NCBI RefSeq assembly: GCF_006345805.1
Contig: NC_043004.1
Location: forward strand, 47,926,001-47,990,000
Direction: 5' to 3'
Source: Octopus sinensis
Lineage: Eukaryota
DNA: 64,000 bases
Of the stretch, positions 26,400 through 38,923 are shown piece after piece. Position 1 is the stretch's first letter. Each line of letters opens with the position of its first letter. Below the pieces are notes generated by a model. It saw nothing but the letters and a program-made list of their open reading frames with translations, ran no database searches and was not told the DNA's origin. The translations under genes were made by a program, and so were the position numbers.

Positions 26400-26790
26400 C
26401 TCGTTTGCTTCTTTTTCTGATGTCCTTTTGCTCCATCGCACTACACTCCATATTGTGCAAATGATGTAGCGTTCATGCCAGCATTATAGAGAAGAGAACT
26501 TCAAAGAATTAAATTTCAGTTATGACATTTTTTATTCATTTGTTATTGCACTCTGGGCTGCCTCAAATCTAATGTTTTTTTTTGGTATGCAGAAACCACA
26601 GGATATAACAGTATTCTAGATGTGACCGTTCAAGAGAGAACAATAGGTGAATTATGCCATCTTGCTCCCTGTGGCGGTAAATTCTGAGTAAACTGTGACT
26701 TATCTTTGCTGTTGTGCTCCAGCAGAGTTTGTTGCGAAGTATTTCTGGCAAGTCTCTGATGTTATTTGATACCAAGCGTAGTTATATGAG
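26400..26790 (-). pseudogene. CR1-type LINE RT C-terminal fragment
   Basis: LLRIYRHR...LFSLERSHLEYCYILW and later SL*CWHERYIICTIW resemble the CR1 RPHLEY and RRRER motifs. Confidence 0.65.
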
Positions 26791-26807
26791 TTCGTGTGTG
26801 TGCGCCC

Positions 26808-26839
<32 letters not shown>

Positions 26840-26860
26840 ATCTGTGTGTGTGAAATTGTA

Positions 26861-27140
26861 CCGACCTGACTATCAGATGTTGTTACACACTGCTGATCAC
26901 AATGCATCTCTCTACGTTGTGTCAGCCTTCAAATGGTGCCACCACGCGCTGTGTAAAAAGCATGGAGTGACAGGCCTTCTTTCTTTCTGAATAATACGCC
27001 AGACCATTGCGGCTAAGTGAACTTCAACAACGTAAAATGAAGTGTTTTGTTCGAGAACACAACAGGCAGCATGTTTGTGAATCGAAACTACAGTCTTACA
27101 ATCTTGACTGCAACATCCTAGACAGTTGGCCATATGCCTT
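26861..27140 (-). mobile_element. Degenerate SINE group D head/core with tail beta
   Basis: Core gttgtgttctcgaacaaaacacttcatttt; tail cattgtgatcagcagtgtgtaacaacatctgatagtcaggtcgg matches 50456-50530. Confidence 0.7.
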
Positions 27141-27187
27141 CATAGATATACATACGCATGCACGAAAACATACACACATAAACACAC

Positions 27188-27268
<81 letters not shown>

Positions 27269-27279
27269 CACAGATAGAC

Positions 27280-27363
<84 letters not shown>

Positions 27364-27420
27364 GGATGGATGGATGGATAGATAGATAGAAAGATAGATA
27401 GATAGATGGATGGATGGATG

Positions 27421-27459
<39 letters not shown>

Positions 27460-27488
27460 GGATGGATGGATGGATAGATAGATAGATA
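27188..27488. repeat. (GATA)n/(GATG)n tract 1
   Basis: Direct reading. Confidence 0.97.
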
Positions 27489-27559
27489 TGTTTCTTTATT
27501 AGCCACACAGGGCTGCACACAGATAGAACAAATTACAAGGTAGAGCTTTTCTTTTGAAG

Positions 27560-27593
<34 letters not shown>

Positions 27594-27973
27594 AGGGGGA
27601 GTTTCGATCAAAAGGGATCGTAAAAGGAGAGAAAGAGGACAAAAAGAAGGGGGGGGTTAAAAAAAAAAAAAAGGGGGAAGAGGAAAAAAAAATTGATCAA
27701 TAGGGATCGTTATCACAGAAATGTCAATATGAAGTGTAAAGGGGAGGACAGGTGAGGTTTACCCGTGGAAAGAAAAGCCTACGGAAAAGACCACGGTAAC
27801 CTCGGTCAATGAAGTCACATTTTATATTTCTTTTTTTTTTTTTTTTTTTTTGCAAATAAGCAACTCTCTGTTTTCGATTTCTGGGTTCATATGACTATGC
27901 TCAAGGTGGCTTCGTCATTCATACGTGCCATTCTTGCTACATTCACCCATCTTTTTTTAAAACATTCGCTAGA
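27489..27973 (-). mobile_element. Tx1/L1-clade LINE, 5'-truncated 3' end (copy 1, about 485 bp) inside (GATA)n
   Basis: Near-identical to 28577-29060; encodes [27 protein letters not shown]; ends ggctaataaagaaacatat. Confidence 0.92.
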
Positions 27974-28011
27974 TAGATAGATAGATAGATAGATAGATGG
28001 ATGGATGGATG

Positions 28012-28055
<44 letters not shown>

Positions 28056-28056
28056 T

Positions 28057-28106
<50 letters not shown>

Positions 28107-28111
28107 GGATG

Positions 28112-28170
<59 letters not shown>

Positions 28171-28179
28171 GGATGGATG

Positions 28180-28258
<79 letters not shown>

Positions 28259-28275
28259 GGATGGATGGATGGATG

Positions 28276-28373
<98 letters not shown>

Positions 28374-28471
28374 CGGATGGATGGATAGATAGATAGAAAG
28401 ATAGATAGATAGATGGATGGATGGATGGATAGATAGATAGATAGATGGATAGATAGATGGATGGATGGATG

Positions 28472-28510
<39 letters not shown>

Positions 28511-28541
28511 GATGGATGGATGGATAGATAGATAGATAGAT

Positions 28542-28576
<35 letters not shown>
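27974..28576. repeat. (GATA)n/(GATG)n tract 2
   Basis: Direct reading. Confidence 0.97.
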
Positions 28577-28737
28577 TGTTTCTTTATTAGCCACACAGGG
28601 CTGCACACAGATAGAACAAATTACAAGGTAGAGCTTTTCTTTTGAAGGTATTAAAAAAAAAAAAAAAAAAAAAGGAAGGGGGAGGTTCGATCAAAAGGGA
28701 TCGTAAAAGGAGAGAAAGAGGACAAAAATAAGGGGGG

Positions 28738-28770
<33 letters not shown>

Positions 28771-29606
28771 AGAGGAAAAAAAAAAATGATCAATAGGGAT
28801 CGTTATCACAGAAATGTCAATATGAAGGGTAAAGGGGAGGACAGGTGAGGTTTACCCGTGGAAAGAAAAGCCTGCGGAAAAGACCACGGTAACCTCGGTC
28901 AATGAAGTCACATTTTATATTTCTTTTTTTTTTTTTTTTTTTTTGCAAATAAGCAACTCTCTGTTTTCGATTTCTGGGTTCATAGGACTATGCTCAAGGT
29001 GGCTTCGTCACTCATACGTGCCATTCTTGCTACATTCACCCATCTTTTTTTAAAACATTCGCTAGACAAAACTTGCCTCTCTACTCTCACTTTCCTTTTC
29101 AAGTGGTACTTGAAGAAGTTGATGAGAGATTGACCAGAGAGGAAAGTGTTTGTCTCCAATCCTTTCAGACGCGTCCACCAGATACATTCTTTCGCCATAG
29201 CCACAAGGATGATGAAAATAGCTCTTCCTTCCCGTTTGAAGGAAGGAGGCGTGACAATATTGACGATAGACTCAGCTGATAAACCGACTCGTCCCACACG
29301 TGACAGCAGTTGTTCGACATAAGCCCACAGGTCGGAAATTGTTGGACACTGAACGAGTGCGTGCAGAACGGTTTCGTCGCTCTGACCGCATCTCGGGCAG
29401 GTCGGCCCCGTGTTTCTCGAGCCGTGTCTGTAGAGCTTATCCCGAACGGGTAGCGCTTCTCGGTAGCACTGCCAGGCCAGGGATCTCTGGAAGTTGTCCA
29501 TGGGCCCTGGCCCGAAAGTCGTCCCGAACAGGCGGGTCAGGTACTCCTCGTCGACGTCCAGGTTCGCCCCGAGCTCGTCGTCGTACCTCCCCTCCACTAA
29601 ACCCAT
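28577..29606 (-). mobile_element. Tx1/L1-clade LINE, 5'-truncated (copy 2, about 1030 bp) inside (GATA)n
   Basis: Open ORF2 C-terminus plus pyrimidine-rich 3' UTR; same 3' junction as copy 1; (GATG/GATA)n at 29605-29720 on the other side. Confidence 0.93.
28980..29606 (-). pseudogene. Uninterrupted 208-codon ORF2 C-terminus (zf-RVT-like) of the GATA-embedded LINE
   Basis: SLAWQCYREALPVRDKL...CPRCGQSDETVLHALVQCP...; homologous to 15740-16200 and 56840-57060. Confidence 0.9.
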
Positions 29607-29619
29607 GGATGGATGGATG

Positions 29620-29719
<100 letters not shown>

Positions 29720-29721
29720 CG

Positions 29722-31148
29722 ATAGAAAGAACACAACAAACGGAAACCAACAAAACACGACATGCGGGAAAATAGACGACAGCACGACAGATGGCAAACA
29801 GCAAAAAAGCAAGACACAAGGACCATTCGCGGCTGATTTCCTCATCAGTCGGAGTCCAGAAAGTCCTTGTATTTTCGCCCCCTTATCTTCAAGATTACTC
29901 GAGTCCGGCGAGCGCCAGGGCGGGTGCTAATTGCATTAAGCCTCTGGGAAAGGCAGACGAATTTATACCAGACCGAAAACAAGAACAGACACAACAACGA
30001 GAAGACTAGTATTATACTCGTACAACAGAACATCTTTCGACTATGCAAGAGAAAGAAAAATGCACATAGGCGCAGTAGGCGCAGGAGTGGCTGTGTGGTA
30101 AGTAGCTTGCTAACCAACCACATGGTTCCGGGTTCAGTCCCACTGCGTGGCACCTTGGGCAAGTGTCTCCTGCTATAGCCCCGGTCCGACCAATGCCTTG
30201 TGAGTGGATTTGGTAGACGGAAACTGAAAGAAGCCCGTCGTCTATATGTATATATATATATGTATGTGTGTGTGTTTGTGTGTCTGTGTTTGTTCCCCTA
30301 GCATTGCTTGACAACCGATGCTGCTGTGTTTACGTCCCCGTAACTTAGCGGTTCGGCAAAAAGAGACCGATAGAATAAGTACTGGGCTTACAAAAAGAAT
30401 AAGTCCTGGGGTCGAGTTGCTCGACTAAAGGCGGCGCTCCAGCATGGCCGCAGTCAAATGACTGAAACAAGTAAAAGAGTAAAGAGTATATACGAATACA
30501 AATATATAAAAAACAGAAAGGATCTTTCGACTATCGGACGAACGTAACGTTGTGAAAAAAATAATGCAAGTGCAACAGAAAAAGAATTATACATATACAA
30601 CGGACAAACGCCTAGACCCTTTATGTTATTTATTTATGCTGTAATTGTACAATTACTCTCCTTTTGCTGTATAGCCGAAAGGCGTTTCTCAATTGTATAT
30701 GTATAATCCTTTTTCTGTTGCACTTGCATTATTATTTCATAACGTTACGTTCGTCCAATGGTCGACAGATATTTTCTGTTATTCATTTATTTGCTTCGGA
30801 TATGTAAATTTTTCCCTTGTATTGTATAGCTGAAAGGGGTTCTATCGTACGTGCGTAATTCTAGCTTTCTCGTTTTTGTTTCTGTTCCTGTTTTCGTTCT
30901 TGTATACATTCGTTTGCCTTTCCCAGGGGCTTAATGCGTTTAGCTGAAGTCCCTGGTACCCGCCGGACTTGAGTAGTCTCGAAGTTAAAGGGGTGAAACT
31001 ACAAGGACTTCCTAGATTCCTACTGATGAGAAAATTGGTTGCGAATGATCCTTGTATCTTGTTCTTGTCCTGTTTGCCATTTGTTGTGCTATCGTCTGTT
31101 TTCCTCATGTCGTGTTTTGTAGGTCTCCGTTTGTTGTGTTCTTTCTAT
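29722..31148. mobile_element. Diverged fold-back element (about 470-bp arms, about 66-bp spacer) with a SINE A inserted in the left arm
   Basis: 29722-30067 plus 30487-30613 is the reverse complement of 30680-31148. Confidence 0.8.
30068..30486 (+). mobile_element. SINE group A, full length
   Basis: Same as the other A copies; the first 9 nt (aggcgcag) are duplicated. Confidence 0.93.
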
Positions 31149-31684
31149 GCTGCCTTTGATTTATCCATGCGTCACTCCGTACAACCTGTTGTTTACTTTG
31201 TTAAAAAAAAATGTATGTGTGTGTATGGGTTATAAACATACAAACATATACACATATCTGATTGTGCTTGAGTATGTGTGAAATGAAATGTCTCTTGAGT
31301 AGTGAAAAAATATAGATTTTAATGATCGGTACCAGCCGATCATTATTTATTTGTTCCCTTCATCTCCACATTTAATCCTGATTCTTAGATCAACAATACA
31401 AAACCATGTGCAACTTTTCAAAATTAACTTTGATTTACATTTACTACTGATAATGGTATAGATATAATTGCATGACGAAATGCCTTTACAGCTAGTAAAC
31501 GCAAATACAAAATCTTAGGATTAGGACTTCTATTCCATGTTTGCTTTGGATATTGATTGTCTAAATGACTTTAAAGAAGTGACAAAAGGGACACCCGCCA
31601 CTCTAACAGAATCAGATTAGAAGGAACCGCAGGGAGTGTATGATGCAATAGCATTATGTGAATATAGACGTAAAAGTGTAAAAA

Positions 31685-31925
31685 CCCCTTCGGTCATGAA
31701 TAACCATGGGATGGTACCTAGAAGATTGTCCGGGTAACATTGTTGATGGAAGACCAGCACTCAACCATGCATACCAGCCTCACCTCTTCACTCCACTGAT
31801 GCCACCCAACGAAAAGACAAAGACCGATACCGTTTGCCACCAGTGATGTCGCAACTCATTTCTGTAGCTCAAGAACACGACGCGCAGCTCGGTCAGTAAA
31901 TCGAACCTCACTACCTCATGATTGT
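31685..31925 (-). mobile_element. Degenerate SINE, D-like head/core with a further tail (delta)
   Basis: Reverse complement: atcatgaggtagtgaggttcgat...gcgtcgtgttcttgagc...aaatgagttgcgacatcactggtggc. Confidence 0.55.
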
Positions 31926-31954
31926 AAGCCCATCACTGAATGATATATATATAT

Positions 31955-32325
31955 TTCTTTACAACCCGCAAGGGGCTAAACACAGAGCGGACAAACAAGG
32001 ACAGACCAACGGATTAAGTCGTAACTGGTACTTATTTAATTGATCCAGAAAGAATGAAAGGCATAGTCGACATCGGCGGAATTTGAACTCAGAACGTAAC
32101 GGCAGACGAAATACCTATTTCTTTACTGCCCACAAGGGGCTAAACACAGAGGGGACCAACAAGGACAGACAAACGGATTAAGTCGATTATATCGACCGCA
32201 GTGCGCAACTGGTACTTATTTAATCGACCCCGAAAGGATGAAAGGCAAAGTCGACCTCGGCGGAATTTGAACTCAGAACGTAGCGGCAGACGAAATACAG
32301 CTACGCATTTTGCCCGGCGTACTAT
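31955..32325 (-). mobile_element. Tandem SINE B1-B1
   Basis: The first tail gtaaagaaata is joined to ggtatttcgtctg of a second, partly deleted body. Confidence 0.88.
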
Positions 32326-32399
32326 ATCATGTCCACTGAACGACATGATATATATATATATTATATATATATATACCAGGCCTCTCCACTCTTCCTTCT

Positions 32400-32690
32400 A
32401 ATCGGACTGATTTTCACTCTTCACTGCTTTTCCTTTGCAGGCGAACTGTATGAGCAGACCATTGCAATGGCTATGGGAACGCGTATAAATCACTCGTTGA
32501 CAACGTTGAGTCCTTGATCTTCTCTCACTTCAAGACTGTATGGTTGTTATATCAACGACTGTTTTGATGCTACCTCCATTTCCCACGAAGAGCTGAACAC
32601 CTTCATCTATTTTGTGAGTTCCTTTCCCTCTTTCCCGTTCACGTCGTCCGCCTCTGAAACTTACCTCCCCTTTGATGACACCCTATCACA
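32400..32690 (+). pseudogene. Penelope-like element RT core fragment
   Basis: CFSFAGELYEQTIAMAMGT (QxxGxxMG) and LYGCYINDCF (YxDD-like). Confidence 0.7.
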
Positions 32691-32896
32691 CGCTATAAAT
32701 TCCATGATTAAGATTTCTTTTTAATTTAAAATTAATATGTTGATGTTACGTTGTAACGTTGTATACCATGTTAAAGCTCGTGAAATTTTCTCTATTTTGA
32801 TATACATCTTAATTCACAATTTACAACTTTCATATATACAAACTGCAATGTTAACATTAGTATACAAGCGATCTAAAACTAAATGGCGCTTCTCTA

Positions 32897-33211
<315 letters not shown>

Positions 33212-33288
33212 CTACGAAAGAGATTATAGTTTTGTAGTTCTTTGAAATGTCTCTCTCGAAACAGGCTCAAAACTTCTGGAATGCACAT

Positions 33289-33327
<39 letters not shown>

Positions 33328-33892
33328 ACATATATATGGATGTATGGATGTAAATGACTGTATGTATATATTAGTGTCTATACAAACAAATGTATATACG
33401 CACACACACACACATATATATATAGGAGAGTATGGATGTATGTATGTAAATGACTGTTTGTATATATAAAAATGTGTGTGTATATACAAACATATATACA
33501 CATTCAATTTTCTTTACTTCCTTTGAAAAACCTAAAGTACCACTCTGTGTTTGTGTGTCTGTGTTTGCATGTATATGTATTTGTGTGTGTGTGTGTGTGT
33601 TTGTGCGTGTGTGTTTGTGCGTGTGTGTGTGTGTGTGTGTGTGTCTGTGTGTGTGTGTGTTTAAAAAACACCAACACACTTAGACGGCTTTTCTGTCTGA
33701 GATCCTGAAGATTTGATCGACTGAAGTTCAGTCGATCAAATTTCAATATCTCAACATTTCTTTTTAAGTCTGGTATTTATTCTGTCTACCGCTTCCTGCC
33801 GATCCGCCAAAGTACGGAAGCGTAAACAACCCCAGATTGGTTGAAAAGTTTCGAAAGCCAGACGCAAACTTAAAGTCGTTAGCGCCCATATG

Positions 33893-33923
<31 letters not shown>

Positions 33924-34202
33924 GAATTAAACTAGAGATAAAAATTTAAAAGTTTAAAAATTTTTAAATTCAAAAATTTTAAAATTTAGAAGTATAAAAT
34001 TTTAATAATTTATATTTTATATTTTATATATATATTATATATTATATTAATTATATTTATTTTTTGTTTTTTGTATGTTTTGGTTTATGTCTATCACTGT
34101 CTAAGTTGCCTAATAGTGGTTTTATCTCTAATATAATTTATATTTATACTGTGAAATTTGATTTAATCCTAAATCTAATTTTTCCCTGTAAGTTTGGATA
34201 TA

Positions 34203-34236
<34 letters not shown>

Positions 34237-34238
<2 letters not shown>

Positions 34239-34990
34239 TAAAAACGGTAAGATAACAAAAGAAAGAAAGAGACCTCAATATTATGTAAATAGAGGAAATT
34301 TATCTATAAAATAATATGTTACATTTACTCAATAGTCAAGATAAAACTCTGAGTTTCAGATGCCGAAGTGGAAATCCACAAAACCATCTCTTTGGTTATC
34401 TGGCCATCTGAAAAACGCTATGAAAAAATACTGTTATATAAAGGGAAATTACTGTGTTATAATTCTGCTCGCGAACCCACGTGCGTACTTATACGTCACT
34501 ATGAAAACGTACACATCTTCACTCGCATTTTTCGCCAAATATATACGCATATATATACAAACTCATACACACACACATGCGTACCGTAAAAGTTCATACA
34601 TACGTCTATATACGCACAAGTACAAGAAAAACCATGGTTAAAGGTAACAGAAAAAAACATAAGGAAGTATACAAAGCATAAAAACCACGTTCATATACGG
34701 ACATGCCCCTATGCACTCATACACACACACGCCCATATATGTACATACCCGCACATATTTATATACGTATACATACACACGCATATACAAAAAATGAATA
34801 TACATATGTCCCCCCCCCACAAAGAATGGAAAATTACTAAGTAAAAACACAGTAATTTCCCTTTATATAACGGTATTTTTTCATAGCGTTTTTCAGATGG
34901 CCAGATAACCGAAGAGATGGTGTTGTGGATTTCCACTTCGGCATCTGAAACTCAGAGTTTTATCTTGACTATTGAGTAAATGTAACATAT

Positions 34991-34999
<9 letters not shown>
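34237..34999. mobile_element. Element between (TA)n tracts with 154-bp inverted repeats
   Basis: 34305-34458 is the reverse complement of 34846-34999 with few mismatches. Confidence 0.85.
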
Positions 35000-35067
<68 letters not shown>

Positions 35068-35079
<12 letters not shown>

Positions 35080-36073
35080 GTACTGGGAGGGGAAGAAACG
35101 GAACGAAGCGACGAAGCGAAACGAACCCGGCGCGAAGGCGCTGTCAGACAATAGTGTAATAAGTAAAATATATGCATACATACAAACATATATGTACGTA
35201 CCTACATCTACATGTATATATACATGCATATATAAATATATATACGTGAGTACAGGACACCACAACTAGACGTAGAACACAACGAGAAACGAAAACAGAA
35301 AAGCCATTTTTTTACAACAGAAAAACAGAGACGTGGAACTGGACGGGAAACGAAAACGGGAAAAACATTTTTTTACAACAGAAAAACAAAGTACAGGACA
35401 TACTACACAAGGAAAAGTCCTCAATCATCAGCTGTTGCTAGTTAGACTCAAGCGTGTTTCGAAGGCAAGACAGGACACGACTCGTCAAAACTAAGCCTTC
35501 CTGCGAGAGAATTAAAATAAAATTGCCTCGCAGAGGGGTAAAAACAAGCAAGAAAAAAATGTAACACAAACAGGACATAACAATAAAACTGCACAATAAA
35601 ATACAAGATAAAAATACATGTACAAGAAAATACAAAACGAGAAATAAAAAGAATATACAATACGAGAAATCAAAATAAACAAGAAAACAAACGAGAAAAA
35701 CAAACGAAAAGGCTTTTTTTCTGGCTTAGACGGAGGATGTCCTGGCAGCGCATGGAAACATGACTTTACAGTTTGAAAGCAGCGTGCAAAAGGAAGTGGT
35801 TTAGGCTAGCAGTGACAAAGATGAGAAGGAGTGAGAGAGAGAGAGATAGAGGAAGACACGCGGCTGAGAGAGAGATGAGGAAGAGTGAGAGGGAGAGAGA
35901 GTGGGGAAGATAAAGCAAAGGGAGAGAATTTCGCGTCATAATTATATATAAAACAGTACTGGGAGGAGAAGAAACGGAACGAAGCGACGAAGCGAAACGA
36001 ACCCAGCGCGAAGGCGCTGTCAGACAATAGTGTAATAAATAAAATATATACATACATACAAACATATATGTAC
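35068..36073 (+). repeat. About 130-bp direct repeat (35068-35197 and 35945-36073) bracketing an HH2-related segment
   Basis: tataaaacagtactgggagg...gcgctgtcagacaatagtgtaata...atgtac occurs twice. Confidence 0.85.
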
Positions 36074-36479
36074 ATATAAGGATTATTACGAAACAGCATA
36101 ACTTTACCTTTAATTCCTTTGTACAGCACATGTATATATTTGTAAGATAAGACCGAAACACTGCGAGAAGTAATACAAAGTAAACTACAAAACAAAACAA
36201 AAAATGATATCTAACACAACAACAGTAGGAGTTTTACCTTATATGTCAAAATTTCGTGGTTATGAACTCTTCTTCAGGGCTGATGGAGAAATGAGGGACA
36301 GAGTAAGTAGTTGCCCAGATGTGTAAGGAAGTATGGCGCCACGTGGAAACTGGTGGCATGCGCAGACTGGTGGCATGCACTGAGTGGAAGCATGTGCAGG
36401 CTCGTGGCAGGCGCAGACTGGCGTTATTAAATGAGCCTTATTCTCCAAATACGATGACGACTCCCAATATGCTCACTTA

Positions 36480-37690
36480 ATCCTGGCAAGAGGCCACTGA
36501 CTCAACAACATCGACAAACACATAGAAATAAAAATTGAACACCTGAACGAGTCCGGAACCCTTTCTTTGCTAGATTTCCACCTCGGGATTACAGAAGAGC
36601 GTTCCATCTATACCAACTGCTTGCAGCAATCTGTTTGCGCACTACGAGTAAGCCTTGCACATCAGAGCCAAATCAGCAAAACCTACGAAACGAAATTATT
36701 CGTATAAGCGACAGCTACAGTGATGTAGCCCACAAAGCTACAAACACCGAGCGGTTACACACGATCTTAAGCAGTGAATCTCCTTCACTTTTAGCCAAAC
36801 GATTGTGTTTAAACAACGCTAAAGTCAGTAAACCTCAGAAGAAGGCCTGTACTCCCAAGTCTGACTATCAACCAAGTCTGCTTCTGTACATCATGCGATC
36901 CGCAGGAGGGACTTATCATATAGATGGTGTACACTGGTTCATACATGAGGAAGTTTCTGCCTAGAAATTATACCACGAATAGCATCAAGAGGTGCACACT
37001 ATCTAATTTGTGGAGGCACCTGACTTCGTGGTTACGGTGTTGGACTCATGATCCTAAGATTGTGGTTTTGATTCCTGAACTGGGTGACACGATGTGTTCT
37101 TGAACAAAACACTTTATTTCTGTGCTGCTCCAGTCTGCTCAACTTACACAAATTAGTAATCCTGTGACGGACCAATGTTCCATTCAGGTGGGGAAATTAT
37201 ATGTTATGGAAACTGGGAAACCGGTTCTATTGAGTCGGCTTCACACGAGAATGTATCTCTACTTTTTTTACTTTTTTACTATCTGATTTCCCCGTCAACA
37301 GCTTGAAATTGTACTCGAGGGCCTACATGCTGTATGAGATAGTCTGCAGTAAATATGGGGCATCCTACATTGAGAGCACCACCAGAAAACTGCATAGTCG
37401 CAACAAGGAACACATGTGCACAGACACCTCAATCAGCTAACACCTACAGAAGTTCCAAACTCAGGATTTCACAGTCTCCCTCAGAGACACTCAATGTAAT
37501 CAAAGAGCAATCTTAGAATAATGGAGGTTTATTTTACTAGCTAGCCAAAATCAGCACTGAACAATATTAATATTGCTAGTCAGTGCATGTCAACCTCTTC
37601 CCCAAGACGTCTGAGCAACGATTTATTCCAGCCCTCATTTCTCCACATGTCCTAGAGAAGGGATCATAATCCCGGAAGGTAACACTTCAA
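36480..37690 (+). pseudogene. Penelope-like element relic: RT C-terminus and GIY-YIG endonuclease, interrupted by a SINE D
   Basis: NNIDKHIEIKIEHLNESGTLSLLDF; LRNEIIRI; at about 37325 YMLYEIVCSKYGASYIESTTRKLHSRNKEH (GIY-YIG-like). Confidence 0.75.
37012..37240 (+). mobile_element. SINE group D (tail alpha), degenerate
   Basis: tRNA-like head ggaggcacctgacttcgtggttacggtg, core tgtgttcttgaacaaaacacttt, tail gaaactgggaaaccgg. Confidence 0.75.
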
Positions 37691-37837
37691 CTATTCTACT
37701 TCTCTTTACCTCTTCCTTTCGTAGTATATCTTATATTACATTTTGCAATTGTTTAGGTTTAATCTTACATGTTTATCAAATGAAGTATCACACAATAATT
37801 TACCTTAACTATTCTCTATCTCTCCCCACTCTCTCTC

Positions 37838-37877
<40 letters not shown>

Positions 37878-37944
37878 GTGTGTGTGTGTGTGTAGCGTGT
37901 ATATATATATACACACACACACACAATATAATCCTTTCTCCTAA

Positions 37945-38523
37945 AGGCACAAGGCCTTAAATTTGGGGGCAACGGAATAGACGATTACATCGACCCCATT
38001 GCTTCACTGGTATTTAATTTATCGACCCCGAAAGGATGAAAGGCAAAGTTGACCTCGGCGGAATTTGAACTCAGAACATAAAGACGGACGAAATTCCGCT
38101 AAGCATTTTGATCGGCGTGCTGACGTTTCATTTCTATTCTAGGCACAAGGTCCGAAATTTGGGGGCGGATGCCAATCGATCAGATTGACCCCGGTAAGTA
38201 ACTGGTACTTAATTTATCGACCCCGAAAGACTGAAAGGCAAAGCCGACCTCGGCGGAATTTGAATTCAGAATGTAAAGACAAACGAAATACCTATTTCTT
38301 TAATACCCACAAGGGGCTAAACACAGAGAGGACAAGCAAGGACAGACAAACGGATTAAGTCGATTATATCGACCCCAGTGCGTAACTGGTACTTATTTAA
38401 TTGACCCCGAAAGGATGAAAGGCAAAATCGACCTCGGCGGAATTTGAACACAGAACGTAGCGGCAGACGAAATACTGCTAAGCATTTCGCCCGGCGTGCT
38501 AACGATTCTGCCAGCTCGTCGCC
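37945..38523 (-). mobile_element. SINE B cluster: full B1, headless B2, then B2
   Basis: B1 tail aaagaaata is joined to ggtatttcgtttg of a B2 body; another B2 follows. Confidence 0.88.
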
Positions 38524-38556
38524 TTTATATATGTGATAGTTACATACACATGTATG

Positions 38557-38587
<31 letters not shown>

Positions 38588-38749
38588 TGTATGTATGTAT
38601 GTATGTGTGTGTGTATGTATGTATGTACGTATGCTGGTATGTATTTATGTATGTGTGTATGTATATATATATTCAGTACCGATTCTTTCCACCAAATCCG
38701 CTTATAAGGCATGAGTCGGTCTGGTGCTAAAGTATATAGAATAGATAGA

Positions 38750-38828
38750 TAGGTAGAGGCAGATAGACAGACAGACACGCAGACAGATAGACGGACAGAC
38801 GGACGGACGGACAGACAGACAGACAGAC

Positions 38829-38920
<92 letters not shown>
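38750..38920. repeat. (GACA)n-(GATA)n tract
   Basis: Direct reading. Confidence 0.93.

Positions 38921-38923
<3 letters not shown>

Noticed and set aside
24500-26790. The two CR1-like fragments as one interrupted element
   Set aside because: On the minus strand the C-terminal piece comes before the N-terminal piece, so they are not collinear.
29815-29870. CTGATGAG...GAA motif conserved in both fold-back arms (also 31000-31060)
   Set aside because: It is hammerhead-like, but A15.1 is T in both arms, stem II is unclear and the bases next to the core do not form stem I.
33711-33741. Perfect 15-bp hairpin atttgatcgactgaa-g-ttcagtcgatcaaat
   Set aside because: It lies in decayed SINE A sequence and most likely is a small local inversion scar; there is no sign of function.
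36345-36422. Degenerate 18-20-bp GC-rich tandem (ctggtggcatgcgcaga)
   Set aside because: It is a minisatellite of a few units without unique spacers, so it is not CRISPR-like.
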